A program made the translations under genes and the position numbers. A model generated the notes under the pieces. It ran no database searches, was not told the origin of the DNA, and was given only the letters and a program-made list of their open reading frames with translations. 64,000 bases of DNA from Pseudomonadota bacterium (GTDB lineage Bacteria > Pseudomonadota > Gammaproteobacteria > Burkholderiales > Burkholderiaceae_D): positions 16,070-80,069 of the forward strand of contig JAZKIN010000135.1 of NCBI GenBank assembly GCA_040384885.1, given 5' to 3'. Position 1 is the first letter of the stretch; each line of letters starts with the position of its first letter. This document shows, piece by piece, positions 10,018 to 19,214 of the stretch.

Positions 10018-10830
10018 ATGCGCAATCGGCTCTCCTCGATCATCACCACATGGCCATTCCTGATCGCTTTGTCGGTGCTGCTGCTCAACGATTGGTGGCT
10101 TAAGTTCGCCTATCCCGGCAGCGTCACGGGAAAGCTCTCCGATGTCGCCGGTATCGCGGTCGTCGCGATGCTGCTGTTGGCGGCGTGGCCCGCGCGCCGG
10201 CGAGTCATTTATCTTGCGCTGTCGGCGTTTTTCCTTTGGTGGAAGAGCCCCCTGTCCGCGCCGATGATCGCGTTCGTCAATAGCGTGGCGCCGCTGCCGA
10301 TCGGCAGGGTGGTCGATTACACCGACCTGTTGGCGCTGGCCATTCTTCCGGCATGCCGGCAGCTGGTCGCCAATCACGCGGCCTATGCGATTTCGGGGCC
10401 CGCGCTTCGGAGGCTATTGCTTGCGCCAATCGCCTGCATGACCATCGTGGCGATCACCGCAACGTCCGTAATGCGCACCCAGCAAGAATACGTGGTGCGC
10501 CGCACGGCCGCCGGAGACGCGCTGCGCGTCGAAGAGCTTGCCGAAGCGATCAATTCGGCGGCGACCGGGCAAGGACTGGCCTGTGAAAAGCGTGCCGATA
10601 AGCTCGACGGCCTGACCTGCCGGAATAACAATTTGCATATGGATTACATATTCCTCGACCGCGACGCGGTGGCGTTCACCATCCAGGCCCATCCTGAAGG
10701 CTTGTTCTTCGGCCGTTCCGGGACGGCGCAGGCCGATGCATTGCGCGCGGCGCTCAAAAGCGTGCTGGCAGAACGCTTTCGCGGGCTTGAGTATGTCGAG
10801 CAATTGAATGCGGGAGCCGGCAGGCGCTGA
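10018..10830 (+). CDS. Hypothetical membrane protein
   Basis: Several hydrophobic helices and an LLNDWWLK..PG.VTGKLSD motif, followed by a soluble C-terminal part. Confidence 0.75.
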   Translation: MRNRLSSIITTWPFLIALSVLLLNDWWLKFAYPGSVTGKLSDVAGIAVVAMLLLAAWPARRRVIYLALSAFFLWWKSPLSAPMIAFVNSVAPLPIGRVVDYTDLLALAILPACRQLVANHAAYAISGPALRRLLLAPIACMTIVAITATSVMRTQQEYVVRRTAAGDALRVEELAEAINSAATGQGLACEKRADKLDGLTCRNNNLHMDYIFLDRDAVAFTIQAHPEGLFFGRSGTAQADALRAALKSVLAERFRGLEYVEQLNAGAGRR

Positions 10831-11651
10831 TGAGAACACGCCAGGCTCCGCTACATCTCGCCCAGTCGCTCGCGCTCGCCGTTCTTCTGGCGGCGTCGAG
10901 CGTGGGAGCCGATGCCGCAACCGCGGCGACCACGGTGTGTGCGTCGAACATCCAGTACCCGCCTTTTTTCTATGTGCCCCAAGCGGACCGGGATGGCAAA
11001 CTGCAGCCGCGCGGGCTCGCCATCGACATCCTGCGCGCAGCGTTAGGCTCCAAGGCGGGCGCGCCGCAGATATCGAAGCTGCCATGGAAGCGCTGCCTGA
11101 AACTGGCCGAAATGGGCTTGGTCGATATCGTGATCAACGTGCCCACCGCCCAAATCGATTCGGCGCCATTCCTCGTGACGGAACCCTACATCGAAATGCA
11201 AAGCGCCTATTACGTCTCGCGCAGGCGATGGCCGCGGGGGATACCGGTAACTAATCTGGAAGACCTCAAAGCTTACCGCCTGTGTAGCCTCAGCGGCAAT
11301 ACCTATGACGGTTATGGCTTGCGCGGACACCCCGTCGACAGCGGCACCAACAACTATATCTCCCTGATCGGCAAACTGCACGCCGGGAACTGCGACCTGT
11401 TCATCGAAAAGCGCGAAGTGGTGGCGGGACTGAAATTGCTCGAACCGCATGTCGCTGAAGCATTCGCCTCGCGTGACCTGATCAGCGCGCGCTTGCCCGA
11501 GGATTCCCCGATCGGCCTGCACTTCGCCGTCAGCAAGCGTTCCAGGGAAGGCGCGGCGCTGCGCGCAAGGCTCGATAGAACCATCGCCAGGCTCAAGGCC
11601 GCGAACACGATCAACAAGTGGATGAAGGGCTATGCGCATACGCGGCGCTGA
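10830..11651 (+). CDS. Periplasmic substrate-binding protein (family 3-like), orphan
   Basis: Signal peptide, YPPF, G.AIDI, LPWKRCLK and FAVSK motifs. No permease nearby. Confidence 0.8.
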   Translation: MRTRQAPLHLAQSLALAVLLAASSVGADAATAATTVCASNIQYPPFFYVPQADRDGKLQPRGLAIDILRAALGSKAGAPQISKLPWKRCLKLAEMGLVDIVINVPTAQIDSAPFLVTEPYIEMQSAYYVSRRRWPRGIPVTNLEDLKAYRLCSLSGNTYDGYGLRGHPVDSGTNNYISLIGKLHAGNCDLFIEKREVVAGLKLLEPHVAEAFASRDLISARLPEDSPIGLHFAVSKRSREGAALRARLDRTIARLKAANTINKWMKGYAHTRR

Positions 11652-11721
11652 ACATTTTGCGTGCCGGTTGCGAATGGTATGATCGGCATTCTTTTTTCTC
11701 AGCACCCGAAAGGGGAGTGAT

Positions 11722-12093
11722 GTGAACAAACTTTTGATCGGACTCCTGGTCGCGGCCATCGGCGCGGCGGGCTGCAACAGGCAGGCCGACGACGTGCCCG
11801 CTGCAACTACGCCAAGCAGCGCCGGCGAAGCCGCCGGGATCGCCGTCGCCAACACGGCTTTGCAGGTTTCCAAGCTCGATGTGAGCGCGCTTACGACCAT
11901 CACGCCGAAGCTCGAAGCGGCATGCGCGAGGAACAAATATGGACTGAGCGAGGCGGAGTGCCGCCAGAAAATCAGTGAGCGAAAAGAGCTATGTTCCCAG
12001 CAAACAGCACGGCAATATCCGGGCGAACTTGGGAACGTCAACAGGATGCAGGAGGTTGTTGCCACCTACGTGGATTGCCTTCTGGCCAAATAG
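11722..12093 (+). CDS. Hypothetical lipoprotein
   Basis: GGGGAG RBS, GTG start, lipobox AAGC and 4 further Cys. Confidence 0.7.
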   Translation: MNKLLIGLLVAAIGAAGCNRQADDVPAATTPSSAGEAAGIAVANTALQVSKLDVSALTTITPKLEAACARNKYGLSEAECRQKISERKELCSQQTARQYPGELGNVNRMQEVVATYVDCLLAK

Positions 12094-12114
12094 AACGACG
12101 GACGTGGCATCCAT

Positions 12115-12735
12115 ATGCATATCGCTATCATCACCTTTGACGGATTCAACGAGCTCGATTCCCTGATCGCCCTCGGTGTGCTCAACCGCATCAAGGTGCC
12201 CGGCTGGCTGGTCAGCCTGTCATGCCCGTCGCCCACGGTGACGTCGATGAACGGCCTCACCGTGCACGCGCAGTCGACGCTCGAAGAGGCCTGCACAGCC
12301 GACGCCGTCATCATCGGCAGCGGCATGCAAACGCGCGAGGTCGTGGCCGATCCGGCCTTGATGGGCCGGCTCAAGCTCGACCCTGAACGACAATTGATCG
12401 GCGCCCAATGCTCCGGCACCCTGATTCTTGCCAAGCTCGGCCTGCTCGGGCGCATTCCGGCCTGCACCGACCTCACCATCAAGCCATGGGTGCAGGAGGC
12501 GGGCGTGGAGGTGCTCAACCAGCCGTTCTTCGCCGAGAAGAACATCGCCACCGCCGGGGGCTGCCTGGCCTCGCCCTACCTTGCCGGGTGGATCATTGCG
12601 CGCTTGGAAGGGGAGGCGGCCGCGTGGAACGCCCTCCATTATGTGGCGCCGGTCGGCGAGAAGGATGAATACGTTTCGCGAGCAATGAAAAATATCAGCC
12701 CCTACCTCGCACGCCGAACCGAAAGTGACGCATGA
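12115..12735 (+). CDS. DJ-1/PfpI family protein
   Basis: IAIITFDGFNELD, AQCSGTL catalytic Cys region and NIATAGG. Confidence 0.9.
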   Translation: MHIAIITFDGFNELDSLIALGVLNRIKVPGWLVSLSCPSPTVTSMNGLTVHAQSTLEEACTADAVIIGSGMQTREVVADPALMGRLKLDPERQLIGAQCSGTLILAKLGLLGRIPACTDLTIKPWVQEAGVEVLNQPFFAEKNIATAGGCLASPYLAGWIIARLEGEAAAWNALHYVAPVGEKDEYVSRAMKNISPYLARRTESDA

Positions 12736-13295
12736 CGGACCTCGAAGAAGGCTTGGCTGGCCTCCTCGCAGCAGCCGATCTCGATGCGGCACAATACGAT
12801 TTTGAGGCCGCGTGGGCCATCGATTTTACCTATCACTCCGAGGCCGACGATGTGCTCGACTATTTTGTCCGAACGCTCGCTTCGCGTTATGACGACAATT
12901 TGCTCAAAGTCGAGTCCAAGGGACGCAAGATACAGATCTCGTATGAGGGGAGCCTTGCCACCCACAAGGTGCGCAACGATTTCAAGGAATGCTTCCGGAC
13001 GCTGGGCGAACTCAATTTGCTGCTCGGCCACCGGTACCAAATCAGGGCAATGAGCTATCGCAAGGACGAAGGGCGCTTCATGTCATTTGTAATCGCCAGA
13101 AAAGACGAATGGGCAGTGATCGACGGCACGGCGCAGAGCGGCTTGTTCTATGGAATCACACCTGACAAGGACTTCGGGCCCGCGAAAATGCCGCAATTGC
13201 TCGCAAAGCCATTGATGGGCCTCGGCGCGATACTGATCCCCTTTCTTATCGGACTTCTCGTGCGCGCGTTGATGTGGGGGCGAAATCGGGCTTGA
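12732..13295 (+). CDS. Hypothetical protein with C-terminal transmembrane helix
   Basis: ATGA overlap with the upstream gene, protein-like composition and a hydrophobic C-terminus. Confidence 0.65.
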   Translation: MTDLEEGLAGLLAAADLDAAQYDFEAAWAIDFTYHSEADDVLDYFVRTLASRYDDNLLKVESKGRKIQISYEGSLATHKVRNDFKECFRTLGELNLLLGHRYQIRAMSYRKDEGRFMSFVIARKDEWAVIDGTAQSGLFYGITPDKDFGPAKMPQLLAKPLMGLGAILIPFLIGLLVRALMWGRNRA

Positions 13296-13409
13296 GGCCG
13301 ATCGCGCGGCCGCTTTTTGCGGCCTCCGGCACCAAGCGCGGGTACAATATGGGGTTTCGGGCCGCACGCGTGTGTGCGCCGCCCCAGTCCATCGAGTGAA
13401 AGTCTTCCC

Positions 13410-14501
13410 ATGAGTCTCCAATGCGGCATCGTCGGCCTGCCTAACGTCGGCAAGTCCACCCTTTTCAACGCCCTGACCAAGGCCGGCATCCCGGCCGAAA
13501 ACTACCCGTTCTGCACGATCGAGCCGAACGTGGGCGTGGTCGAAGTGCCGGATCCGCGCATGCAGGGGCTGGCCGACATCGTCAAGCCCGAGCGCATGGT
13601 CAACGCGATCGTCGAATTCGTCGACATCGCCGGCCTCGTCGCCGGCGCGTCGAAGGGCGAGGGCCTGGGCAACCAGTTCCTGTCGCACATCCGCGAAACC
13701 GATGCCATCGTCAATGTGGTGCGCTGCTTCGAGGACGACAACGTGATCCACGTCGCCGGCAAGATCAGCCCGCTCGACGACATCGAAGTCATCCAGACCG
13801 AGCTGGCGCTGGCCGACATGGGCACGGTAGAAAAAGCGATCCACCGCGAGAACAAGAAGGCGCGTTCGGGCGACAAGGACGCCGCCAAACTACTGGCCGT
13901 GATGGAGCGCATGATGCCTTTCCTTAACGACGCCAAGCCGGTGCGCGCGATGGGCCTCGACGCCGAAGAGCTGCTGCTGATCAAGCCGCTGTGCCTGATC
14001 ACGGCCAAGCCGGCGATGTACGTGGCCAACGTATCGGACACCGGTTTCACGAACAACCCGCTGCTCGACCAATTGACCGAATACGCGAAGGGCCAGAACG
14101 CGCCGATCGTGGCGATCTGCGCCTCGATCGAGTCCGAAATCGCTGACCTCGACGACGCCGACAAGGGCGCCTTTTTGTCCGACATGGGCATGGAAGAGCC
14201 GGGCCTCGACCGCCTGATCCGCGCCGCCTACAAGCTGCTCGGCCTGCAGACCTACTTCACGGCCGGCGTCAAGGAAGTGCGCGCATGGACCATCCATGTG
14301 GGCGACACCGCGCCGCAGGCGGCCGGCGTGATCCACACCGACTTCGAACGCGGCTTCATCCGCGCGCAGACGATCGCCTACGACGACTTCATCGGCTACA
14401 AGGGTGAGTCCGGCGCCAAGGAAGCGGGCAAGATGCGCGCCGAGGGCAAGGAATACGTGGTCAAGGATGGCGACGTGCTGAACTTCCTGTTCAACGTCTA
14501 A
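13410..14501 (+). CDS. ychF: Redox-regulated ATPase YchF
   Basis: [42 protein letters not shown] and [11 protein letters not shown] motifs. Confidence 0.98.
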   Translation: MSLQCGIVGLPNVGKSTLFNALTKAGIPAENYPFCTIEPNVGVVEVPDPRMQGLADIVKPERMVNAIVEFVDIAGLVAGASKGEGLGNQFLSHIRETDAIVNVVRCFEDDNVIHVAGKISPLDDIEVIQTELALADMGTVEKAIHRENKKARSGDKDAAKLLAVMERMMPFLNDAKPVRAMGLDAEELLLIKPLCLITAKPAMYVANVSDTGFTNNPLLDQLTEYAKGQNAPIVAICASIESEIADLDDADKGAFLSDMGMEEPGLDRLIRAAYKLLGLQTYFTAGVKEVRAWTIHVGDTAPQAAGVIHTDFERGFIRAQTIAYDDFIGYKGESGAKEAGKMRAEGKEYVVKDGDVLNFLFNV

Positions 14502-14519
14502 GCCATCACATTGGTCAAT

Positions 14520-14547
14520 AAAAAGCCCCGCGGTTGCGGGGCTTTTT
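14520..14547. terminator. Bidirectional terminator between convergent ychF and SDR
   Basis: AAAAAGCCCCGC-GGTT-GCGGGGCTTTTT. Confidence 0.88.
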
Positions 14548-14576
14548 GCTTCTCGACCTGGTACCGCTCATTTCTA

Positions 14577-15326
14577 TTAAAGCTGGATCATGCCGCCATC
14601 GACGATCAACTCGGTGCCGACAATAAAGGCCGCATCGGGCGACGACAGGTAGAGCACCGCGCTGGCCACTTCGTCGGGCGTGCCAAAACGCTTGAGTGGA
14701 ACCTGCTGTTGTATCGAAGCGGCCATCGCGTCGAGCTGTTCGGGCGCCATCCCGAGGCGGCCGTATAAAGGCGTGGTGACCGGGCCGGGGCTGACCACGT
14801 TGACGCGCACGCCGCTGGGCAGCAGTTCCGTCGACAGCGTCTTGGCCAGCGAGATTAGGGCGGCCTTGCTCGCCGCGTACACCGACGACGACGGCATGCC
14901 GATGTGGGCGTTGATCGAGCCGTTCAGGATCACGGCGGCGCCCTTGTTCAGCAGCGGAACCAGGGCCTGGATCGTGAAGTACGCGCCTTTGACGTTGACG
15001 TTGAAGGTCTCGTCCCACAGCGTCTCGTCGATGTCGGCGAACGGCGCGAATTTGGCCACGCCGGCATTGAGGAAAATCGCGTCGAGCGTGATGCCCTGTT
15101 CCTTGAGCGTGTGCGCCAGCAGCTTGGCCGCTTTTGCGTCGCCCTGGTCGTTGCGAAGCGCGATCGTGCCGGCGCCGATTTGTTCGCTCGCCTGGGCCAG
15201 GGTGGCCGCGTCGCGACCGGTGATGACGACGCGCGCGCCTTCACGCGCAAATTGCATGGCCGTTGCGAGGCCGATGCCACTGTTGCCGCCGGTGACGAGG
15301 ATGGTTTTGCTTGCGAAGCGGTTCAT
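14577..15326 (-). CDS. SDR family oxidoreductase
   Basis: TGGNSGIG, NAG, YAASK and RVNVVSPG motifs. AGGAG RBS. Confidence 0.93.
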   Translation of the reverse strand: MNRFASKTILVTGGNSGIGLATAMQFAREGARVVITGRDAATLAQASEQIGAGTIALRNDQGDAKAAKLLAHTLKEQGITLDAIFLNAGVAKFAPFADIDETLWDETFNVNVKGAYFTIQALVPLLNKGAAVILNGSINAHIGMPSSSVYAASKAALISLAKTLSTELLPSGVRVNVVSPGPVTTPLYGRLGMAPEQLDAMAASIQQQVPLKRFGTPDEVASAVLYLSSPDAAFIVGTELIVDGGMIQL

Positions 15327-15456
15327 GGTGGATCTCCTGGTTGGTGTGGTTTGCAGGGCGGCTCGCCCTTGAGATGAACTATAGGATTGATAAGAACATG
15401 AATCAATGAGCTTGGTGTTCATGCTATATTCATATTTTGTGAATGATTGGACATTT

Positions 15457-16380
15457 ATGGACCGGCTGCGCGCGTTGGAGGTGTTTGTCGAGGTGGTGCG
15501 CAAGAACGGCTTTGCGCGCGCCGCAGATGCGCTCGCGACCTCGCCTGCCAATGTGACGCGCATCATCGCCGACCTCGAGGCGCACCTGGCCACGCGTCTG
15601 CTCAACCGCAGTTCGCGCAAGATGTCGCTGACCGAAAGCGGGCAGGAGCTCTACGAGCGTGCCCGCGCCATCGTCGATGACATGGCCGAGATCGAGGCGA
15701 GCGCGGTGTCGTCCGCGCGCACGCCGAGCGGGCGCCTGCGCATCAACGCGCCACTCAGTTTCGGCGTGCTGCATCTGGCGCCGCTGTGGCCAAGGTTCAT
15801 GGCGCGGTATCCGCAGATTGAACTCGATGTGGCGCTGATCGACCGCGTGGTCGACATTGTCGAAGAAGGCTACGACATGGCCATCCGCATATCGCGCGGC
15901 GGCTCCGGCAGCCACGCGGCGCGCCGCTTGGCAACCTCGCGCAACATCGTGTGCGCCGCGCCGGACTACCTGCGCGCGCATGGCACGCCGCAGGTCCCCG
16001 CCGACCTCAAAACCCATGCGTGTATCGGCTACAGTTACGCCGCCAATGCCGACGAATGGCAGTTCACCGATGCGCGCGGCCAGGCGCACCCGGTCAAGGT
16101 CAACTGCGCCATGCACACCAATAACGGCGACACCGCGCGCGTGGCGGCGCTGGCCGGAGCGGGCATCATCTGGCAGCCGACCTTCCTGATCGGCGCCGAC
16201 CTGCGCGCCGGTCGCCTGCTGCCGTTGCTGCCGGGCTTTCAGTTGCCCGACATCGACGTGCTGGCGGTCTATCCGAGCCGGCGCCAGTTGAGCGCGAAAG
16301 TGCGCGTGATGATCGACTTCCTGTCCGTGGCCTTCAGTGGCGGGGCCTCGTGGGACGCGCCGCCCGGCCAAACAGCGTGA
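15457..16380 (+). CDS. LysR family transcriptional regulator (CrgA/DmlR-like)
   Basis: N-terminal HTH (FARAADAL..LEAHL..RLLNRSSR..LTESG) and DRVVDIVEEGYD. Divergent from the SDR gene. Confidence 0.95.
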   Translation: MDRLRALEVFVEVVRKNGFARAADALATSPANVTRIIADLEAHLATRLLNRSSRKMSLTESGQELYERARAIVDDMAEIEASAVSSARTPSGRLRINAPLSFGVLHLAPLWPRFMARYPQIELDVALIDRVVDIVEEGYDMAIRISRGGSGSHAARRLATSRNIVCAAPDYLRAHGTPQVPADLKTHACIGYSYAANADEWQFTDARGQAHPVKVNCAMHTNNGDTARVAALAGAGIIWQPTFLIGADLRAGRLLPLLPGFQLPDIDVLAVYPSRRQLSAKVRVMIDFLSVAFSGGASWDAPPGQTA

Positions 16381-16487
16381 CCAAAAAGACACGGTTGCTG
16401 CCATACTATGCAGTTCTCAATCCATCGACGCAACACCATGGCAACCCTGTTCGAACCGCTGGACATGCCTCAAGTGCGTGCCGATTC
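16377..16487 (+). pseudogene. Internally deleted remnant of the MOSC gene promoter and 5' end
   Basis: 16377-16460 aligns without gaps to 18198-18281 (same offset at the ATG). 16464-16487 matches 18441-18464 at 23/24 nt. Confidence 0.8.
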
Positions 16488-16524
16488 AAGATCGAATAGT
16501 CTGGCGCTATAAAAAGGGAGCGAT

Positions 16525-17676
16525 ATGAGCGAGTACCAATACTATGAATTCGCAGCGATCGAACGCCCGCTGACGCGCGACGAAATTGACGAACTGCGTT
16601 CGAGCTCGTCGCGGGCCACGATTAGCGCGACCCGCTTTCGCAATGAATATAATTGGGGCGATTTGCACGTCGATCCGGCAGACTGGATGCGGCGCTTTTT
16701 CGATGCCTTCGTCTACTCGGCCAATTGGCGCACTTGCCAGTTCTCGTTGCGATTGCCAAAAGACGCGCTTGCAGAGCGCGAGTTGATGCAATTTGCGGGA
16801 GGCGATTCTTGTTCCGCCACCGCTTCGGACACGCATTGGATCATCGATTGGTCTCTCGACGAAGGTTGGGACGATGAGCGGTTTTGCATGGAGGACGGTC
16901 CGGGCTGGATGGGACAACTCGCACCCCTGCGCGATGAATTGCTTAGGGGCGATTTAAGCGCGCTTTATCTTGGCTGGCTCGCCAGCGCGGCGCTTGGCGA
17001 CATCGACGACGACGAGACGGAGCCGGACGTTCCAGCAGGCCTGTCGCGGCTTTCGTCCGCGCAGCAATCGCTCGTGGCGTTTCTGGAAATCGATCCCGAC
17101 TGGCTTGCAGCGGCTGCCGCGTGCAGCGCCGACGCCCCGGATTGGAACGACGACGACAGCGTCGAGACGTGGACTGCCGGACTTTCTAAGAATGACATGT
17201 GCAGCGTCTTCCAGTTGCTGTTGCAAGGCGAAACGCAACAGGCGGAACGCCGTGTCAAATCCGAATTTTTGCTTTGGCAAAAGGAAAGCAAGGGGGACGC
17301 GGCATCGATAGTTAAACCGCGGACAGTGGCCGAATTGCGATCCGCGGCCGCGACCGTGGAAAGTCTTCGTTTGGAGCAGGAGGCGCGGGCGCAGGCGCTT
17401 GAAGATGCCAGGCGACGTGAACAACGCGAGGCTACTCTAATGGCGCTGATGGCCAATGTGGACCAGTCTTGGGAAGCGGTGGAACGGTATGTGGAAACCG
17501 GCAAGCCAGCCTCATACGACCTAGCCATAAGCGCGCTTGCCAGTCTCGCCGATGCGTACGCGTTTGTATCCAAGAAACAGGAATTTGACGAGGCACTGCG
17601 TCTTTTTGTGCTGCGTCATGCAAAACGCGTTGGGCTTATGCGCAGGCTTGTCCAAGCGGGCCTGTGGCGCAAATAG
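16525..17676 (+). CDS. Conserved hypothetical protein (MSEYQYYEF family)
   Basis: GGGAG RBS, 383-aa ORF with a recognisable N-terminus MSEYQYYEF..RPLT and LLRGD..LYLGWL. Confidence 0.85.
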   Translation: MSEYQYYEFAAIERPLTRDEIDELRSSSSRATISATRFRNEYNWGDLHVDPADWMRRFFDAFVYSANWRTCQFSLRLPKDALAERELMQFAGGDSCSATASDTHWIIDWSLDEGWDDERFCMEDGPGWMGQLAPLRDELLRGDLSALYLGWLASAALGDIDDDETEPDVPAGLSRLSSAQQSLVAFLEIDPDWLAAAAACSADAPDWNDDDSVETWTAGLSKNDMCSVFQLLLQGETQQAERRVKSEFLLWQKESKGDAASIVKPRTVAELRSAAATVESLRLEQEARAQALEDARRREQREATLMALMANVDQSWEAVERYVETGKPASYDLAISALASLADAYAFVSKKQEFDEALRLFVLRHAKRVGLMRRLVQAGLWRK

Positions 17677-17825
17677 TGCGCTTCTTTTGTGCAGCGGCGG
17701 GCGCTACGCGGCTATTGTTATCTTTGTGAATACGGATGAGGCAAAGAGGTTCAAGAGTGTTGAGGTAACTGATTTGTTCACCGGCCCTTAGCACCATGCA
17801 GGGCCAAAGGCTGTCGCCGAGTCGC

Positions 17826-18116
17826 TCACGATCTGGGGATGACTGGCGGCGGTGTGTGCGGACCTATTGCTCTGCAAAACGCAAAATATTGGGGCTCATC
17901 AATGGCGATGCCATTAACCGTACCACTTGTAATACTTATGGCGACCGGTAAGGTTCCTTCTGCGCACGTTACTGAGGCGCCGTGGGGTTTTCCATAAGCT
18001 GGCGAACCAAAAGTGCTCTCCTGACCTAGCCGATCGGTCTGCTGGCCTTTCATGAAGGACTCGCATGCAAGCAATGGAAGCACGGCTAACACGGCAACAG
18101 TTTTTTTCAGGTTCAT
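17826..18116 (-). CDS. Small hypothetical lipoprotein
   Basis: MNLKK plus hydrophobic stretch and LLAC lipobox. AT-richer DNA. Confidence 0.6.
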   Translation of the reverse strand: MNLKKTVAVLAVLPLLACESFMKGQQTDRLGQESTFGSPAYGKPHGASVTCAEGTLPVAISITSGTVNGIAIDEPQYFAFCRAIGPHTPPPVIPRS

Positions 18117-18258
18117 TTGTAGGGAGAAATCGATAATTTGTTCAATCGGGATTGCAAGGTCAACAGCATATTATTATGCACCGTGCGGCCGAGCGGTGTG
18201 ACTAAAATAGCACGATTGCTGCCATACTACGAAATTATCCATTTACCTACGCGGCCTT

Positions 18259-19107
18259 ATGGCGATCCTGTCCGAACTGGTTTTATATCCGATCAAATCG
18301 TGCGCCGGCATCTCGGTGCCGGAGGTGACCTTGACTCGCGTCGGGCTGGCGCTGGACGGCGTGCGCGACCGCGAATGGATGGTTGTCGACAACAACGGAT
18401 TTTGCTTGACCCAGCGCGAGTACCCGCGCATGGCGCTAATCATGCCGCAAGTGCGTGCCGATTCGCTTGCGCTCAGCGCGCCCGGCATGCCCGTGCTTGA
18501 AATCGCGCTAGTCCAGCCCAATGCTGGCGCTGCAACGCGCGAAGTCCACATCTGGGACGACAGCGTGCTGGCCGACGATTGCGGCGACGCCGCCGCGGCC
18601 TGGTTCTCCGAGGTGCTCGGCGTGGCCAGCCGGCTGGTTCGCTTCCATGCCGGCGCGACGCGGCTGGCCAGCGCCAAATGGACCGGCGGCGTCGACGCGC
18701 CGACCCAGTTCGCCGACGGCTACCCGGTGCTCGTGGCGGGAACGGCCTCGCTTGCCGACCTCAACGAGAAGCTGGTCGCGGCAGGGCGCTCCCCACTGCC
18801 GATGAACCGCTTCCGCCCGAATCTCGTCATCGACGGCATCGACGCCTTCGAGGAGGACTATGTCGACAGCTTCGGCCTAGGCGCGGCGGTGCTCAAGCCG
18901 GTCAAGCCCTGTGGGCGCTGCCCGATGCCCTCGATCGACCAGGCCAGCGGCGAGCGCGGGCCCGACCCGCTCGACATCATGCAGGCTTACCGGCGCAAGG
19001 CGCAGGTGGGCGACGAGATCTGCTTCGGCATGAACGCCATCGTCATAGAAGGCGAGGGCGAGCGCCTGTTCGTGGGGCAGGCGGTATCGGTCGCGCTGGC
19101 CTTTTGA
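18259..19107 (+). CDS. MOSC domain protein (YcbX/mARC-like)
   Basis: YPIKSCAG, DREWMVVD, FADGYP, RFRPNLV and KPCGRC motifs. Confidence 0.95.
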   Translation: MAILSELVLYPIKSCAGISVPEVTLTRVGLALDGVRDREWMVVDNNGFCLTQREYPRMALIMPQVRADSLALSAPGMPVLEIALVQPNAGAATREVHIWDDSVLADDCGDAAAAWFSEVLGVASRLVRFHAGATRLASAKWTGGVDAPTQFADGYPVLVAGTASLADLNEKLVAAGRSPLPMNRFRPNLVIDGIDAFEEDYVDSFGLGAAVLKPVKPCGRCPMPSIDQASGERGPDPLDIMQAYRRKAQVGDEICFGMNAIVIEGEGERLFVGQAVSVALAF

Positions 19108-19214
19108 CGGCGCCGCCGCGCGGCCCGCACGGTTTTCGTTTGCAAGCGCGCCAAGTTGGCGTAATGTGGCGCATGTTGCCACAAACTGAACGATTCGATT
19201 AAGTAAGGAGCGGT

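Noticed and set aside
16438-16512. MATLFEPL as the start of an Old Yellow Enzyme gene
   Set aside because: Better explained as a remnant of the MOSC gene 5' end, given the gapless upstream alignment.
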